A DNA stretch of 64,000 nt from Phoronis australis. Lineage: Eukaryota; Animalia; Phoronida. Shown here piece by piece: positions 11,720 through 25,127 of this stretch. Both the position numbers and the translations under genes were made by a program. Every line of letters starts with the position of its first letter. The stretch's first letter is position 1. The notes below the pieces were generated by a model. It worked only from the letters and a program-made list of their open reading frames with translations. It was not told where the DNA came from and ran no database searches. The stretch is from positions 1,050,194 through 1,114,193 of the forward strand of contig NMRA01000023.1 of assembly GCA_002633005.1 (NCBI GenBank), written 5' to 3'.

Positions 11720-13689
11720 CTGAGTACTAAGTCACTATTCATGTTTTCTTACTACGCAACTTAACCTTCTATTTTTAACGTATTCATTCGAGACTCTATA
11801 GTTTACATGTTGTTATGATATTCATTCGTCATGATAACTGCTGACGTCTTGATGACGTGGCAGTTTTTGCGAAGGTGCAACGTTATTATTTGTTGTGTAG
11901 GTCTTTTGAGACCAGAGAACCTGACCGATTACCGATTAGTAATTTGCGCTAGTCTTAGCGCATTTACAGAACTTTGACCGTCTGGTCTGAATGACATCAA
12001 GCAAACAACAAACTTATTATTCTCAAACACTCAATAATAGGCAGTAAAAAAGAAATCTCGGCTTTAATATTGACGGTTTTAAATTGCACTACACGAACCT
12101 CATTGCTCAGATAGTCGTGATCATAGCAAAGTACATAAACTGTGACACCTGTCGCACACATGTTACTTTGGTAACGACAGCACAAAACAAGGCTTAGCTT
12201 GTTGTGATGGGAATTTGATACTCATGTCAAAACACCCAAAGATAGGCTAGAGTCTCGCCTGGCTTTCATTGGGTGAAGGAGCGAGCTCGCAGATAGCGGC
12301 ATCACCGGTCCACAACATATAGTGCATGGCAGCAAATGGAAACCCTTTCACTTTTCTTTGAAAACTTTGATGGCCTTCAAGAACCCAGTAGTACTTCAAA
12401 GTTGTTCTAGTGAAAGAAGTTCAGATAGTTGGCCTATGCTCTGCCCTACAGGAAGCACCGAGCACTTCCTTTGTCAACGCGAATTTTTACTGGACTACTA
12501 CCACAGCGAGATTAGCACATTATTGGTGATTGACGACGTCGAGTAACTTTCGAATGAAGGCTGGTCCTCCTGGCAACACCACAGCTCTCTCATCGCAGTA
12601 TCGTTCTTCTCACATTTACTGATGTCAGTCGGGGTTAAGGCAACACATTTATACTCCCACTGTGTGCGTATACTGTGTTGGTGTATGTTCGTGGGGAATG
12701 CACAGCAATAAGCGGCACCTAGGCTAGTGTGCTCACCTGACTTTCCAAACAAAGAAGTGGTCTTATTCAGAAACTTGACTGTATAATCGGCTTGCACGAA
12801 GAAGAAAGCAATGGAGACTATAACGAAGCTCTGATATGCCTATGGGACCAGGAAAGTCGTGAATTTGTGATTGGGAGAGAATAATACCAAAACGTTACTT
12901 TTTATCATTTGCTATTGTGAAAGTACAGTATTTTAGTAAGACAAATTGATATGGCCTGGTTGAATTACTTCATCTCTGAGAAACCCCATCGATTACAATT
13001 TCTCTAAGATATGGGTTATATTTCAGAAAGTCTAATTAACGAGAATAGTAATTACATCGAGAAAAGCAACTCGATCTGTGGGTTTTACCCAAAGTTTGAA
13101 CTAAGATATAGTATATACGTACGTTTACGTATCGAATTAAATGGAAATTCATGAAGTAAGGATCGATAATGTTCCAATCATTGCTCAAGCGAAACGAGAC
13201 TAAGCTAAGTAAACGACAAGTGACTGTGGCTGACGTCAGACAAGGTTCTCTTAACTGAACGTGTCGAATATTGCTGTGCTACGCTAGGCAACGACAGCGC
13301 CAGACTCAACAGTGATCTCATCGTTCATCACTTCCCACCTGAAAAATTAGTTTACAAAATAAGCGCACAACTCCATGAAGGCTCTATTCTTAGTCAAGCT
13401 CTTACAACCGCTGACGATGAATTAAGTGGTGAAGATTCCTTCACCATCTTTAGCTTTGGAGTGTTTTAAAAATGTCTTGTAGACTGTTTAACCCATTCAA
13501 GCCAATTAGTAGTATGAAATACACTATTGTTTTTGCTTTTTACGATGAAGCTTTTTACAAAAGGCTTGAGTTTATTAAAATTTTCGTATGTTCCACAGGC
13601 TGGGCTACAATCTGAGACCGTTATTTTTCAGGCACCTTGCGTTTATTACTTAGCCAAAAGCCACGACGACACTTTGCCTATTGGCGATT

Positions 13690-14900
13690 GGTTCCTTATG
13701 GTGATCGCCAACACGGTAGAGGTCATCAGCAAGCTTGATTGGTATTCGTTCTTGAATTAGTCACTTAAAGGCGCGACACACCAGTTCTTGTGGAGCCGTC
13801 TCGAAACCTGGCATTCTTATGTCGGATCTGGTGTAAAATTGCTCGCCACGGAATAGGGTTGGGAGACAACTGTAATTTATGTGCAGTTCGAAGAGTGATA
13901 TCTTATGAAAGGCAAGAGCCAGGTCTGCATGTATTTATCACCCATGAATAGGGATGGCTGTGACCTGTTGCAACGTTCCACATAGTACATGTATGCGAAG
14001 GCGGTCACGAGACAGTGGCGCCACTATGCTACTGTACGACAAAGTATGAGTTGACGCAACCATCAGTGACACTAACGTCCTATGATTTGGTGGATGAGAA
14101 GGACCAAAGTTGGCGATAGCCTCAAATTTACTAGCAGCACCACGGTGTCCAACAATCTCTGCATATCCACGGAGCATGGATAGGAAACGGCTCCGACTGC
14201 CATCACGTAGCAAGTGGTCAGGGTTTAACTGGATGGAGTTCGACTAGAACGCTTCGGAGTCGTGTTTGCTTCCTGGAGAGCAGACTTCAGCACACGTGAG
14301 TAATACGTCACAAACCAATAATATTCACAGAAAACGACCGGAATTCCCGTCAGGATGGCTGAGCGGAAGTCGAATTTATGTCAGAAAAGTATTCTCTTGT
14401 GACTAGGAATGATGGGGAGTTACCAAGATGGTTAGTAAGGTGGTTAACTCATTTAATCACGACGTGTTGAGAGCTACGATGGGTTCTCTTGCACAACCTG
14501 TTTCTGGCAGCTAACTGTCGTTCATGAAACACGCAAGTCGCTGCCAGGCTACTTCTGAAGGCTAATCGTCTTCAAGATTGATGTCATTGAAGTCCAAAAA
14601 TGAATGCCCGTACATTGGAAACCATTATAATTCTAACGAACAGTGTGACACACAGATGACATGGATGCGGAGTTCCTGACAATAGTTGTACGTGGTATCA
14701 CAGGACGAACAATTCCCCCACCTGTCCGAGCATCAATTCAGGTGAGTTAGCTTCTGTTGTGCTTTGCGTTCGTGGTCGTATGGAGAACTTATTATTAACG
14801 GGACATAGCTGTTGTTGAAGGACATAGAGGGTTCTCAGTATTTTGTCTCCCAACATTGAAGGAGGTGATTGTTTCTCGTTTTTGGGGAGGAGTGTAGAAT
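13690..14900 (-). mobile_element. Heavily decayed non-LTR retrotransposon (LINE) relic
   Basis: Scattered minus-strand fragments in the expected order: RTGGGIV (~14720) and DFND (~14590) resemble APE endonuclease motifs; IKLADDL (~13725) resembles the RT YADD motif. Frames are broken and ends are approximate. Confidence 0.3.
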
Positions 14901-15745
14901 CCATTGTTGCTTTACTTAAACTCTCTTTTGCATCCCAAATGGATATTAATGAATGAATTTGTTCCATAAGTAAATGTCTTAAATTTTCTACGGAGTTGGA
15001 TGCCGGTTTTTAGTGGAGAAAACTGGTTCTCAAAGTTCGGGCACATTATATCAGACCATTAGGCCTACCGTTTGGACCTAAGGTAAACTTCGAAAACATT
15101 TGGAAGTGTCTACTGCGCTCTTTGTGATTCCGCCGTACAGTAGAATTTGAAGCGCATTACGAAATCAAGATTCAGGGGAATGGATACAAAGGATTTCAAT
15201 ACATGTACTGTAAAAACAAAGGGGAGGCCATGTTGCACATGAAACTGCCTCCCAAATACATGTACTACTACCTTTGCTCACTAACACTCTTTCCTTGCCT
15301 TGATTTGAAGTTCTGTTCTCTCGCACCATCACCATATTTCTTGTGGTATACTTTTCAGTCTCGGTTTTGTTCTAGTTTGTTATTGGAGGATGCTTCATAA
15401 CTTGTGTCCAGGTCACAGTGACGTGGTCCAGGGCCAATAAATTAATTTGCGGTATAGAACAGTAATACGAAATAGAAAACTGTGTTCCAGGACGGAGTGA
15501 TTCGTAAAGAAACGACCAGCTGATAAAAAGGAATGAAAGTCAGTGACCATTGTCTACAACCGCATGTATTTATCAGCCAACGGTACATGTATATGTTCGA
15601 CCACCGTAAGAAGTGACTGAGTGCAACTGATTCCAGAATCAGCTTGTGAATACACATTTGTTGACGTCTAACTGATAAAAAGGGAGCGCGCAGGCCAATG
15701 TATCGAAACGTCGCCCTTGCGCAACCTTCGCTTCACCTCGGCAAG

Positions 15746-18700
15746 ATGCGGACTTTGTCGATAGCTTTTCTTGTTTTTGTTGGAAGAATTTTAAGCGCAC
15801 CTATAGACGAAAGTGATGAGGTTAGAGTCTGTATGTTTATGGTTAACGGTGGGTTCGTGTGCGCAGAAATTTCAAGGTGCTATAAATTTGTCATTTTCCA
15901 AAAAATAATTTATGATTTAGGTCAGTTACCACCATCAACCTGGCTTCAAATGGTTCCGCACTCATGTTGGAATTGATTTCGGGCTAGCGAACAATTGGTC
16001 ACTGCTTGAGGCCGTGATTGGCAGGGTTTCAAGCAATAATATTTTCACGAGTGCTGTAGAGTCGTTTATTCTGAAAAAGCGACAAGTTGAAAAGAGATTT
16101 AATTATAGACTGACGACGGGATTAGATTTGTTAATGGAAAAAACGAATGTCACGCTTGCGCGTTTCTTGTTGCACGGCATTGCCGCTGTTACCAGTCGGT
16201 TTCAAAATTAGTTTCTACAGACTGTTTTGAATAGCTTTATCACTGCGACAACATTCGTATTTATGACTTAATTTTATTAATCGTGCTTCCAATCGTTATA
16301 TAGGTTGCCGTTGATGTTGACGCCGACAACAAAGGTACGGTCTTGCACTTTATTTAGTTTTAAACTGTGGAAATATAATCAAATATTTAACGACATGCAC
16401 TACACGATTTAATCGTCCCATTTTGCTACCTTCATATTCTAAACGCAGAGTTGCCTATTCGGAATTCGTAGATTATTAAGGTTATGTTGTATGTGTATTT
16501 AGAAAACCATCTTCATAACTATAAATGTTGAAAAATATATATTTTTGAAGGTAGAAAGTCTGTAGGCTTTATTTTTTAATTTTACGCCAATGTGTCATAA
16601 ATTGGATTGCGTGACCGCATCTTTTAATGAAATTTGATGAAAACGAAAGGTACAAATCCATATCTCAACAACCATATCAATAACATGACCAAGTGCAATT
16701 TGATGTAAAAGCTTATGATGAAATTTCATAAACCTTGATACAGCTTTCTACACCATCATGATGAAATCTCATAAACTTTGATACAGCTTTCTATACCATT
16801 ATGATGAAATCTCATAAACTTTGATACAGCTTTATATACCATTATGATGAAATCTCATGAGCTTTGATACAGCTTTCTATACCATTATGATGAAATCTCA
16901 TAAACTTTGACACAGCTTTCTATACCATTATGATAAAATCTCATAAACTTTGATACAGCTTTCTATACCATTATCTTTCGCTTTATGCAACTTTTAAGAT
17001 TTTTAATAAAAGTCACATGAGTCATATTCATGATTGCCTCTCATGTAATAGTGGAAAATCGCGAAAACGATTCCTGATACCATTTTAGGAATGACTACAA
17101 GAAGCGTGCTTGTAGTATTTGAAAGTTTCGTATCAACTCCATCAACCATTTATGAGATATGATGTTCCGGAGTTAAACCCATTTTGGACGTTTTCCCAGG
17201 TCCTATATACAATGTAGCCATAAATTATCATTTTGTGTGGACTCCGACTTCTTCGTCGTTGCACGTGTCAGTTGGATTTCATAAGACTTTGCTTAACGGT
17301 ATTGTATTTTGTGTTTTTCAGTTATTGACTATGGCCAGTTTAATCCACGTAAGTGGTTATGTCCGCCTTTTAAAATCACGAGCTACATGTTTGTGTTCAT
17401 TTAGTTAACCATTGCTTCCCCTTGGGGCATTGTGATGCCTACTACACTATATGCATTAGCTTAGTTGTATCGGAAACGTAGCGTTTGTAAAATTTGAGTG
17501 AGAGGTTTTCGTAATTCGAATAAGAGTACAATTTTGAGTAAAGTACAAAATCGTAAAATTTGAAGACCTGTTAATTTTGTGATAATATACAAGCATGCGA
17601 AAACCTCAAAACTATATTTTTATGTCGCTATTCTCGTTGTGTTACAGATCTGTTCCAAGGCGACATTCTTTTGCCTAGGGTGAGTATTTAAAGGGACAAT
17701 GAACTAGCCCTTTTCTCAGACAACAGCTTTTTATTTGCACTCGTGTCATTATAAAGTTAGTCTAATCTTGTTCTTTGATCAGATATCTCGCCATTGAGGG
17801 AAATTGTCGTTTTGCGGCGGAAAAACGCAAACATTGTGATTATTGCTGTATGGTACGTATTGAAGTTGATGGCTGTCACCAGACAGAGTTATAAAGCAAT
17901 AAAATCCGCTGTTTTTATGAATTCATTAAGTTGCTTGTCGTGGCGGTTAGATTCAGTCGGCAAGGTATTATGACTGTTGGGATGTTTAGACCATTTCAAT
18001 TCAAACAAAGCAGAAGGACGCCGTGACATTGCATTGGAAAAATAAATACACTTGTGAAGAAAATTCGGCTTTTTGACATCAGATTGCGATTCTTACGATC
18101 CATCGATAACTTTCACGAAGGTCGTAGGACTGTTCGTTTGTTTAGATTATCAGACAAAAAAAGTAATAAACACTCTTTTTAGTTGCATTTTCCACCATTC
18201 GGATTTTTAAATATTATACGGAATTTTATAGATTGGTGTAGCTTTAAGTGATCTGTGACGGTACTCTAAATATTCTAGTAGAGTTTAATTTTGGCTTTCG
18301 TGAAACTTAATGGACGTACATGCCGCCGAACTAAGAAACTGCGTGTGATCAAAAATTTGTGAGGGGGCTGGTAGATGTGTTTTGAGTTTGTTATGGCACA
18401 CTGCGAACATGAAACTTACCCATGTATTCGAAATTAGTGCATCCCATAACTTTCATATTCTAGAAGCGAAGTGGCAACCCGAACACTGCCCAACGCTGGC
18501 CTAGCGGAGTCATCCCATACGTTCTCGACCAATACATGGGTGAGACTTTTTAATTTTTGCGTGTGTCTGTGACTGTTGCTTTTCTCCAGCATCGAACAGC
18601 ATTTACCTATTTGGACATAGGTTTAAACCTAAAAGCTATCGCGTTACATTATTCAATGGACTATGGGAGTTGGCGGTCATCCGAAGTAAAACGTCCCTAA

Positions 18701-21268
18701 CCGTACACGTCAGTGGTGAATCTATCAATAGCACTGGTCACGAGGTCACTGGGCAATCATATGGTGTGATCGTAGTATCCCATACGCGTTGAATCAGTCG
18801 AGTGCAATACGGCCATGTGATATTGTTTTCCGTGTTCGCCTACCGCACTACTTCTACAGTGCCCTCTGACGTGAAAAGTTGAATACATGTAGGTAGCTCA
18901 GTCACGTCGACTAGGCGTCATTAGTCGGTTCGACTATCAAGTTTTCCGAAAATAGTTTAAAGTAATACAATTGCAGCAGTATAAATAACACTAAACATAC
19001 ACTCAGGTCACAAACGTAACATCTGGTACAAAACTGTTACTTAGATGTATACGACATTTCTGTCCCATTTTCAATTGCTAAATATTACATCGTCTGCCAC
19101 TCAGGTGCCGAATCCTTGGTAACGACCATATCAAATATTGTTTTTGTTTATATATTTTCAGGAAATGTTATAAGTTAAATAAACAATTACTAATGTTTTC
19201 ATCTGTCTTATCTCTTTTCAAATAATTAATCGTTACATTTAAAACTGTTTCTCTTACTAGAAAAAACTTTTAACATAACGCCCAAGTATAACATACATAG
19301 TCATATGGGATGTGGTTCGCCACGTGAACAGTCGGGGTGAAGTAATCATATTTATAAATTCTGCCGAAATGATAAAAGAAACCGAGGAGTTCGAAGCGTA
19401 TGGGATAAATGCAAAATGAACCTTCGGTCTCGGTCGATACACGGAATAATGTCGAGTGGGATAATACCTCATCCTCGCCACTCCCGGTACGTTTTGTGTA
19501 TTCATGCAACTCGCAGACATTATCGTGATTTCCAACATTCCAACATACACAATTTTAAATAAAAAATACATGTTGTGGTCATACGACTCGTTCAAGATTG
19601 ATGTCCATAACTGCTCTTAAAGCATAACCAACAAAGGGAGCCACTCACACTGTTAACTGCCTCAAGTCCCAGCCTTCGTGCTTAGCTTACGAGCACTTGA
19701 GGTACAGTAAGTGGCGCAGTAGTTCTCTGTTTACATCACATTTTCAATCGCCTATATTGTACTTTTTCATATCAAAATCAGGTTCTTAAAAAATTAATAA
19801 GCTCTTTACATTTCCAATTGCAACAAGCTCATTTGTTCACATGCAGCATGGGACTCACTTGTTTGCCAAAAATATTTATCCCTCAATAGTTAAGACAAAA
19901 ATCTCCTATACCCGTAGAGTTTAATAGTTAAGTATTGTATTGCATTGTATTGTATTGTACGGTTCCTTTATGTCACATAATACGATATATTTTATTACAT
20001 TATACTGCATTGTACGGTTGGTATTGCATCATATACTTTATACATGTCTAATAATATGATATTATTTTATACTAAAATTGTTTCATATCATTGTTTTTAA
20101 TTCATGACGGTACTTGCTGACGTTTCCACTGGTTTGCCACAATCTGAGGGTAGACAAAGTCATTTTCGAATTTTCGTTTTGAACTTTGTACTTACAATTC
20201 GTTCGTCTATTTCTATATAGTGAATCCTTTCTTCCGTAGAATGGGGGATTTTTGATATCTCAATGAGGAAAAGCACAGTTTCCAAAGAACAAGCTTCCGT
20301 AAATGCCCTAAAAGTAGTTTTAGCGCTTGTTGAATCTTCTTAGAAGTTAACACGTGCTACTCGATCCCTCTCCCTCTTACATGTCGCATGAAGAACATGA
20401 CTTTGTGCGCCTCCGTTTGCCAGACTGCAACGTGGATTCAAGAATGATATGTACTGTACACAGTATTTCTCTTGCATTAGAAGAGTCAACAGTAACTGGC
20501 CGGCAAGATTTCAGTTTTCGTTATTTTGCCCGCGCAGTGTGGTTCTCAAAGTTAGTATTTGGTTAAGCCAGAGGCATTTCTAATGCCAAGTACAACACAG
20601 CCTCTCATTAGCTCATCATTCGGTGGTTAATTTCGTGGAAACCAGTAGGTCTAACGCTTTTAGTGTAAACTTCATATCTAACACGATGAGCTTGGATGCG
20701 GCGTTCAAACTCACTTTATATGCACATCAAGGTAAGGTGCGTAATTCGGTGCGCTTTAGCCTGAAGTTGTATTCAAGTGAGTCGGATATATGCCGAGTGG
20801 TGTTCTTACTCGTCGCTCCCCTGGTCACATGGTGGTGCTGTTAGTGTTTCAGACATGTTTACACCTGTGCCTGGGCATGCGGAGCATTCTATGAAACCAT
20901 CTAACTGGTTATTTCCAGGCACTAGAGAGCGCCAAATGATCCAACAGGCCATCAACTACTACAAAGCTAACACATGCATTCAGTGGGTTCCGCGAACCAA
21001 CCAAAGAGACTATGTTCAGTTTCGCTCAGCAAACACTGGGTAGGTTTCCTTATGAATCTGGTATCAACTTAGTTGATTTCTTAATCTAGTGTATTGCTGT
21101 AACTCTTCACCTACCCGCACTGTTAGGTCACGATACGGCGGAGAAGAGCGTTTTAATTTTTATAATTAAAAATTTCACAAAAAATATAAACGGTGCCAAA
21201 ATTCGATTTTATTATAACTATGACATTTAATGTATAGCGGTCGTATAACAATACAAAATAGCCATCAG

Positions 21269-21326
<58 letters not shown>

Positions 21327-24300
21327 TATGTATATAATTTTGGCTTATATTTTGTGCGATAGAAAATTAAAGAGCTGCGACACTAAAGAAAGAATATGAC
21401 CTAATTCTCATCGATCAATCCCACCTGGGACATCTAAATTTGAAAAACAAGCCACCTATTGTTGTTTGGTAGACGAAGGTTCAGCACTGCGATTAATCCA
21501 TATAGTTATGGTTGGCATTTTCAATTTTGTGGCGGCTTTAAAGATAACCTGAAATATAATATAGAATCAGTTAGATCTAACACTAAATTAGTTTTATTTA
21601 TTTTTCAGATTTTTTATGAATATTTCATTTCTAAAGACACTAAGATATACAACAATAAGTTATATGCAAACGAAACACAGACACACACGTACACGGACTC
21701 ACGCACATATCTAAATAATACAATTTCACGGTTGATCTAGGGTTTCACAAAAGGCACTTTTCCGGGGTTGTATATTTCTTACTTTACAATAATTATACAA
21801 GAAATATTGAAATTGTGACTATCTAAGAATAATCTGGTCTCTAGAGCATTTATGAATGAAATACTAACAAATAGTTAATATGTGAATAATATCTTCAAAG
21901 TTACATCCAAAATATTCTGTCAAAACATTTTTATCTAACATAATATCGTTTTATTCCTGGGCCAGCGCAAATGATATTTAGATAAAAATAAAAGATGTTT
22001 ACCAATTCTTGATAATGACGTTGAAGCCCACTAGTTCAGAACGAATTTAACGAAATGCAAGTGAAACATAGCCGGAACTAGCAAAACGTTGTTAAGAAGT
22101 AGACAAATCTCACACAAGGCGCATGGCTTGCTCAATTACTGTCTCGAATGTTCAATTTCAGCTGCTTCAGCATGATAGGTAGAGTAGGAGGAGCGCAGAC
22201 TCTGAACCTTGCCTCTAACTGCTATAGGATGGGAACTGTTCTCCACGAAATGCTGCACGCTGCTGGGTTCTTTCACGAGATGGCGCGCGAGGACCGGGAC
22301 CAGTACGTCAACATTCACTGGTCAAACATCCAGCTTGGTGAGTTCTACACAATTTGACGTCATGTCTTTCATCAGGGAATCAAGACGTGCAGAGTCTTTC
22401 GCAGTCTCTACGTAAACTCGAGACTGTTGTACTCCGAGTGGCTGAGTACACGCTTCTCATGTTAGTCAATACTGTGGCTGTTATTATACATGTATATTAT
22501 AGTGAGTAAAAAACCCTTAAAGCATAACTTCAACGGCATTTTGTTATTTTAGATGTATTGGGCTAACTAGATAGGCCTAGCAAACCCTTAGAAAAGCATG
22601 AAAATGCGAGTTTAATCACTCAAATGTAGGCACATTGTGTGATAAATGAAGCTGCCTTTTCGTGCCTCATTGCGTCACCGTAAGATCCCGGCAGTTCTAT
22701 TGATTAGGAGTCTGAATAGCGCAGCATTGCCTGTTAGTCACAACTGTGACCGCGGTGACGTGGGCGAAAGCTAGCCTATAATAGTTCACTAAATTTAACA
22801 ATCTATTAGTAGGTGTTCTAAATAAATACTTGTTTTTTTATCAGAAAGCACGGGTTTAATTAATGCCAAATAACTCGAAATGCACGCTGTGTGTGTCTTT
22901 GCGTTTTTCCGTTGTGTTGCCAGAAGGTGTCAAAGCTATATTCTTCTGACAAGCTGCAAGAGTTCTGATTTACATTAAGGAAACTTGACAGGTTCATTGC
23001 TGATTTCCACAAGCTAATCTCTTAAGAAATTGGTGATGCTTTGTGGAATTCGGAGAAATGTCCAATCACCCAGTACCCCAAACAGCAAAGTACACTATCC
23101 GATTTTTGCCGATCGTAAATAACCCTCTTTGCAATAAGCGTTTTGTTGGCTTTAGTCGTCGGATAATGATGCTCAAGCAGTCAAATATCATTCACCTACT
23201 TCCTCGGGTGTCTCACTAGAAACTCGAGTTACCTTTTCCAACAACAGATTTTGAAACATCTCCTGAGGCAGTGTACTGACAGCAACCATTCTAGGTGTAC
23301 CTCTTCAATGCTCCGTCATAAAAAGTAAACTTTCCCCAAACTGAACATGACGAAGTTTATTTTGTCCTTAGGCTTCATTTCCATGCTCGGAACTAGATGA
23401 AATTATAACCAAATTAAGTTTTTGGCACGACATTACATCTCCTCATTCCTTGGAGACGCTGTTTCCACCCATACATGTATTTCTCCACCATTCTCTGCCA
23501 GTGTTATTGTTTCTTAGGTGGCTGGGTTTATACAGATACTTGCTAAAGAATAAATTTGGCAGGAAATATTTTAGGAACCCAATAAGGTGAAATTCATTTT
23601 TTTATCAATTTTAAAGGTCAAAATCACACACTAACTGCTTATCTGCCCAACCTGCTCAGGCGTAAAATGTACTAAAACTTTGTTAGAGCATGTGTCAACG
23701 AAATTTGCCCCCCCCCCTCAATCAGCAAAGTTCAAACGCAAGAGAGGGTAAAATTGGTGGCGACCAGGAGGGGGGCTGAAGCTGTGGCGGATAGGCTGAG
23801 GCTGGACCTTGAACCCCCCCCCCGAACCGTCCCCTCGGCTACGGGCCCGACATACATGTGAAACACGCGAGTAAAACCAAGGAGCTAAATTTGAAACATG
23901 TCAAACGTGTAAGTTAGGCTCATTTATTTCAAAACGATAGACGTTGACGTCATTTTAAGTTGGCTTTTACTGCAACTATTAAAAAGTATTAAGAACGAAC
24001 TAAAGACACACCAAACACCCAAATTTAAGAAACGCACACATACGTGGCGTGCCCTCCTGTCCCTATTTTGTAGAGTTTAGGCGCATCTGCCTACATTTGA
24101 GCGGAAAAAGGAATTTAAGGTATAGGCACAAGAACCTACGTGCGTATGTACCGCACATTTGAACTACATTTTGCCCGTTTTCTTAGTAGACGACTTTATT
24201 TCAAAGAAGAATGTTGCTTCTTAATTTGTGGTGTCTTTTAAGTGATCCAATTGAGTGACATTTTCATTCTGTATTTGTGCAGCTATGAGGAAGCAATTTG

Positions 24301-25077
24301 ATGTACAGCGAGGAAGCTTAACTTACGGGACCAAGTACGACATCGAAAGTGTTATGCAATACCCAGCCGACGCGTTCACCAGGAACGGCAAGTACACTAT
24401 CACACCGAAAGATACCAGGTATGATCCTAGACGGATGGGCCTGCGAAATGACCTGAGTCAGACCGACTTGTATAGAATCCGCACGATGTACCAGTGCGGA
24501 TCTGGTACTGGCACTGGAACTATGAAATCTGGTGAGTCGGCGGGAGGGTTTTCCATTTTCTCTTGTCTCACTCTTTACTCATGTGCCAACAGAATTGGGC
24601 AAAGTAGTGACGAACGTGAAAATTGTGGCCACATGTACATGTACACTTCAGCTTTTATCAGAGCTACCAGGCCTCTGATACTGGCTTACGGCACCAGAAT
24701 GTCAATCAGCCACAACTGCCAAAAGCCAGTTTTCATTAGCTGGTACATGTATAGTATGGCGAGCGGAAGTCATTTTTTCTATCAAACTGATAAATATTTT
24801 TCGGGATCACAAATTTATCGTTACAGGCAGTCGCTTGGGATGCTACAGTGGTGTCGCTGGTAATCAATGGACCGACAATGCTTTAACGCCGGAGAGATGC
24901 CTGCGACATTGCCGCACCTATGGTTTCCAATACGCCGCCGTCAAGGGAGCCAACCTGTGCATATGCCCACAGAGTTTGGGTTCGAAAGTATCAGAGTGGC
25001 GTTGTCGCAAAAGGTGTGCTGGTAACAGTTCTATGTATTGTGGCGGAACGTTTACTTCTGGCGTTTATAAAGTCTAA
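15746..25077 (+). CDS. Secreted astacin-family (M12A) zinc metalloprotease with C-terminal WSC domain, ~336 aa
   Basis: Eight phase-consistent GT-AG exons: 15746-15820, 16304-16334, 17648-17679, 18464-18539, 20919-21039, 22162-22337, 24283-24531, 24827-25077 (1011 nt). Signal peptide MRTLSIAFLVFVGRILSA; pro-peptide FQGDI motif; RKR site; WPSGVIPY; zinc motif HEMLHAAGFFHEMAREDRD; Met-turn SVMQY; last exon has the 8-Cys WSC pattern (LGCY..LTPERCLRHC..YAAV..CIC..C...CAGN....CGG...VY). Confidence 0.93.
16713..16974 (+). repeat. 43-bp minisatellite, 6 copies (astacin intron 2)
   Basis: Unit ttatgatgaaatctcataaactttgatacagctttctatacca starting at 16713, 16756, 16799, 16842, 16885 and 16928, with few substitutions. 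Confidence 0.95.
21269..21322. repeat. (TA)n microsatellite
   Basis: Direct reading; one CA interruption. Confidence 0.95.
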
Positions 25078-25121
25078 ATTCAGTTCAAGTTTCCTGCGCA
25101 TTTGTTATGTCTTATACAATC

Positions 25122-25127
25122 AATAAA
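25122..25127 (+). terminator. Polyadenylation signal of the astacin-WSC gene
   Basis: AATAAA about 45 nt after the stop codon, followed by a T/GT-rich stretch. Confidence 0.65.

Noticed and set aside
16713-16974. CRISPR-like repeat array
   Set aside because: The units are contiguous with no unique spacers, the context is a eukaryotic intron, and there are no cas genes.
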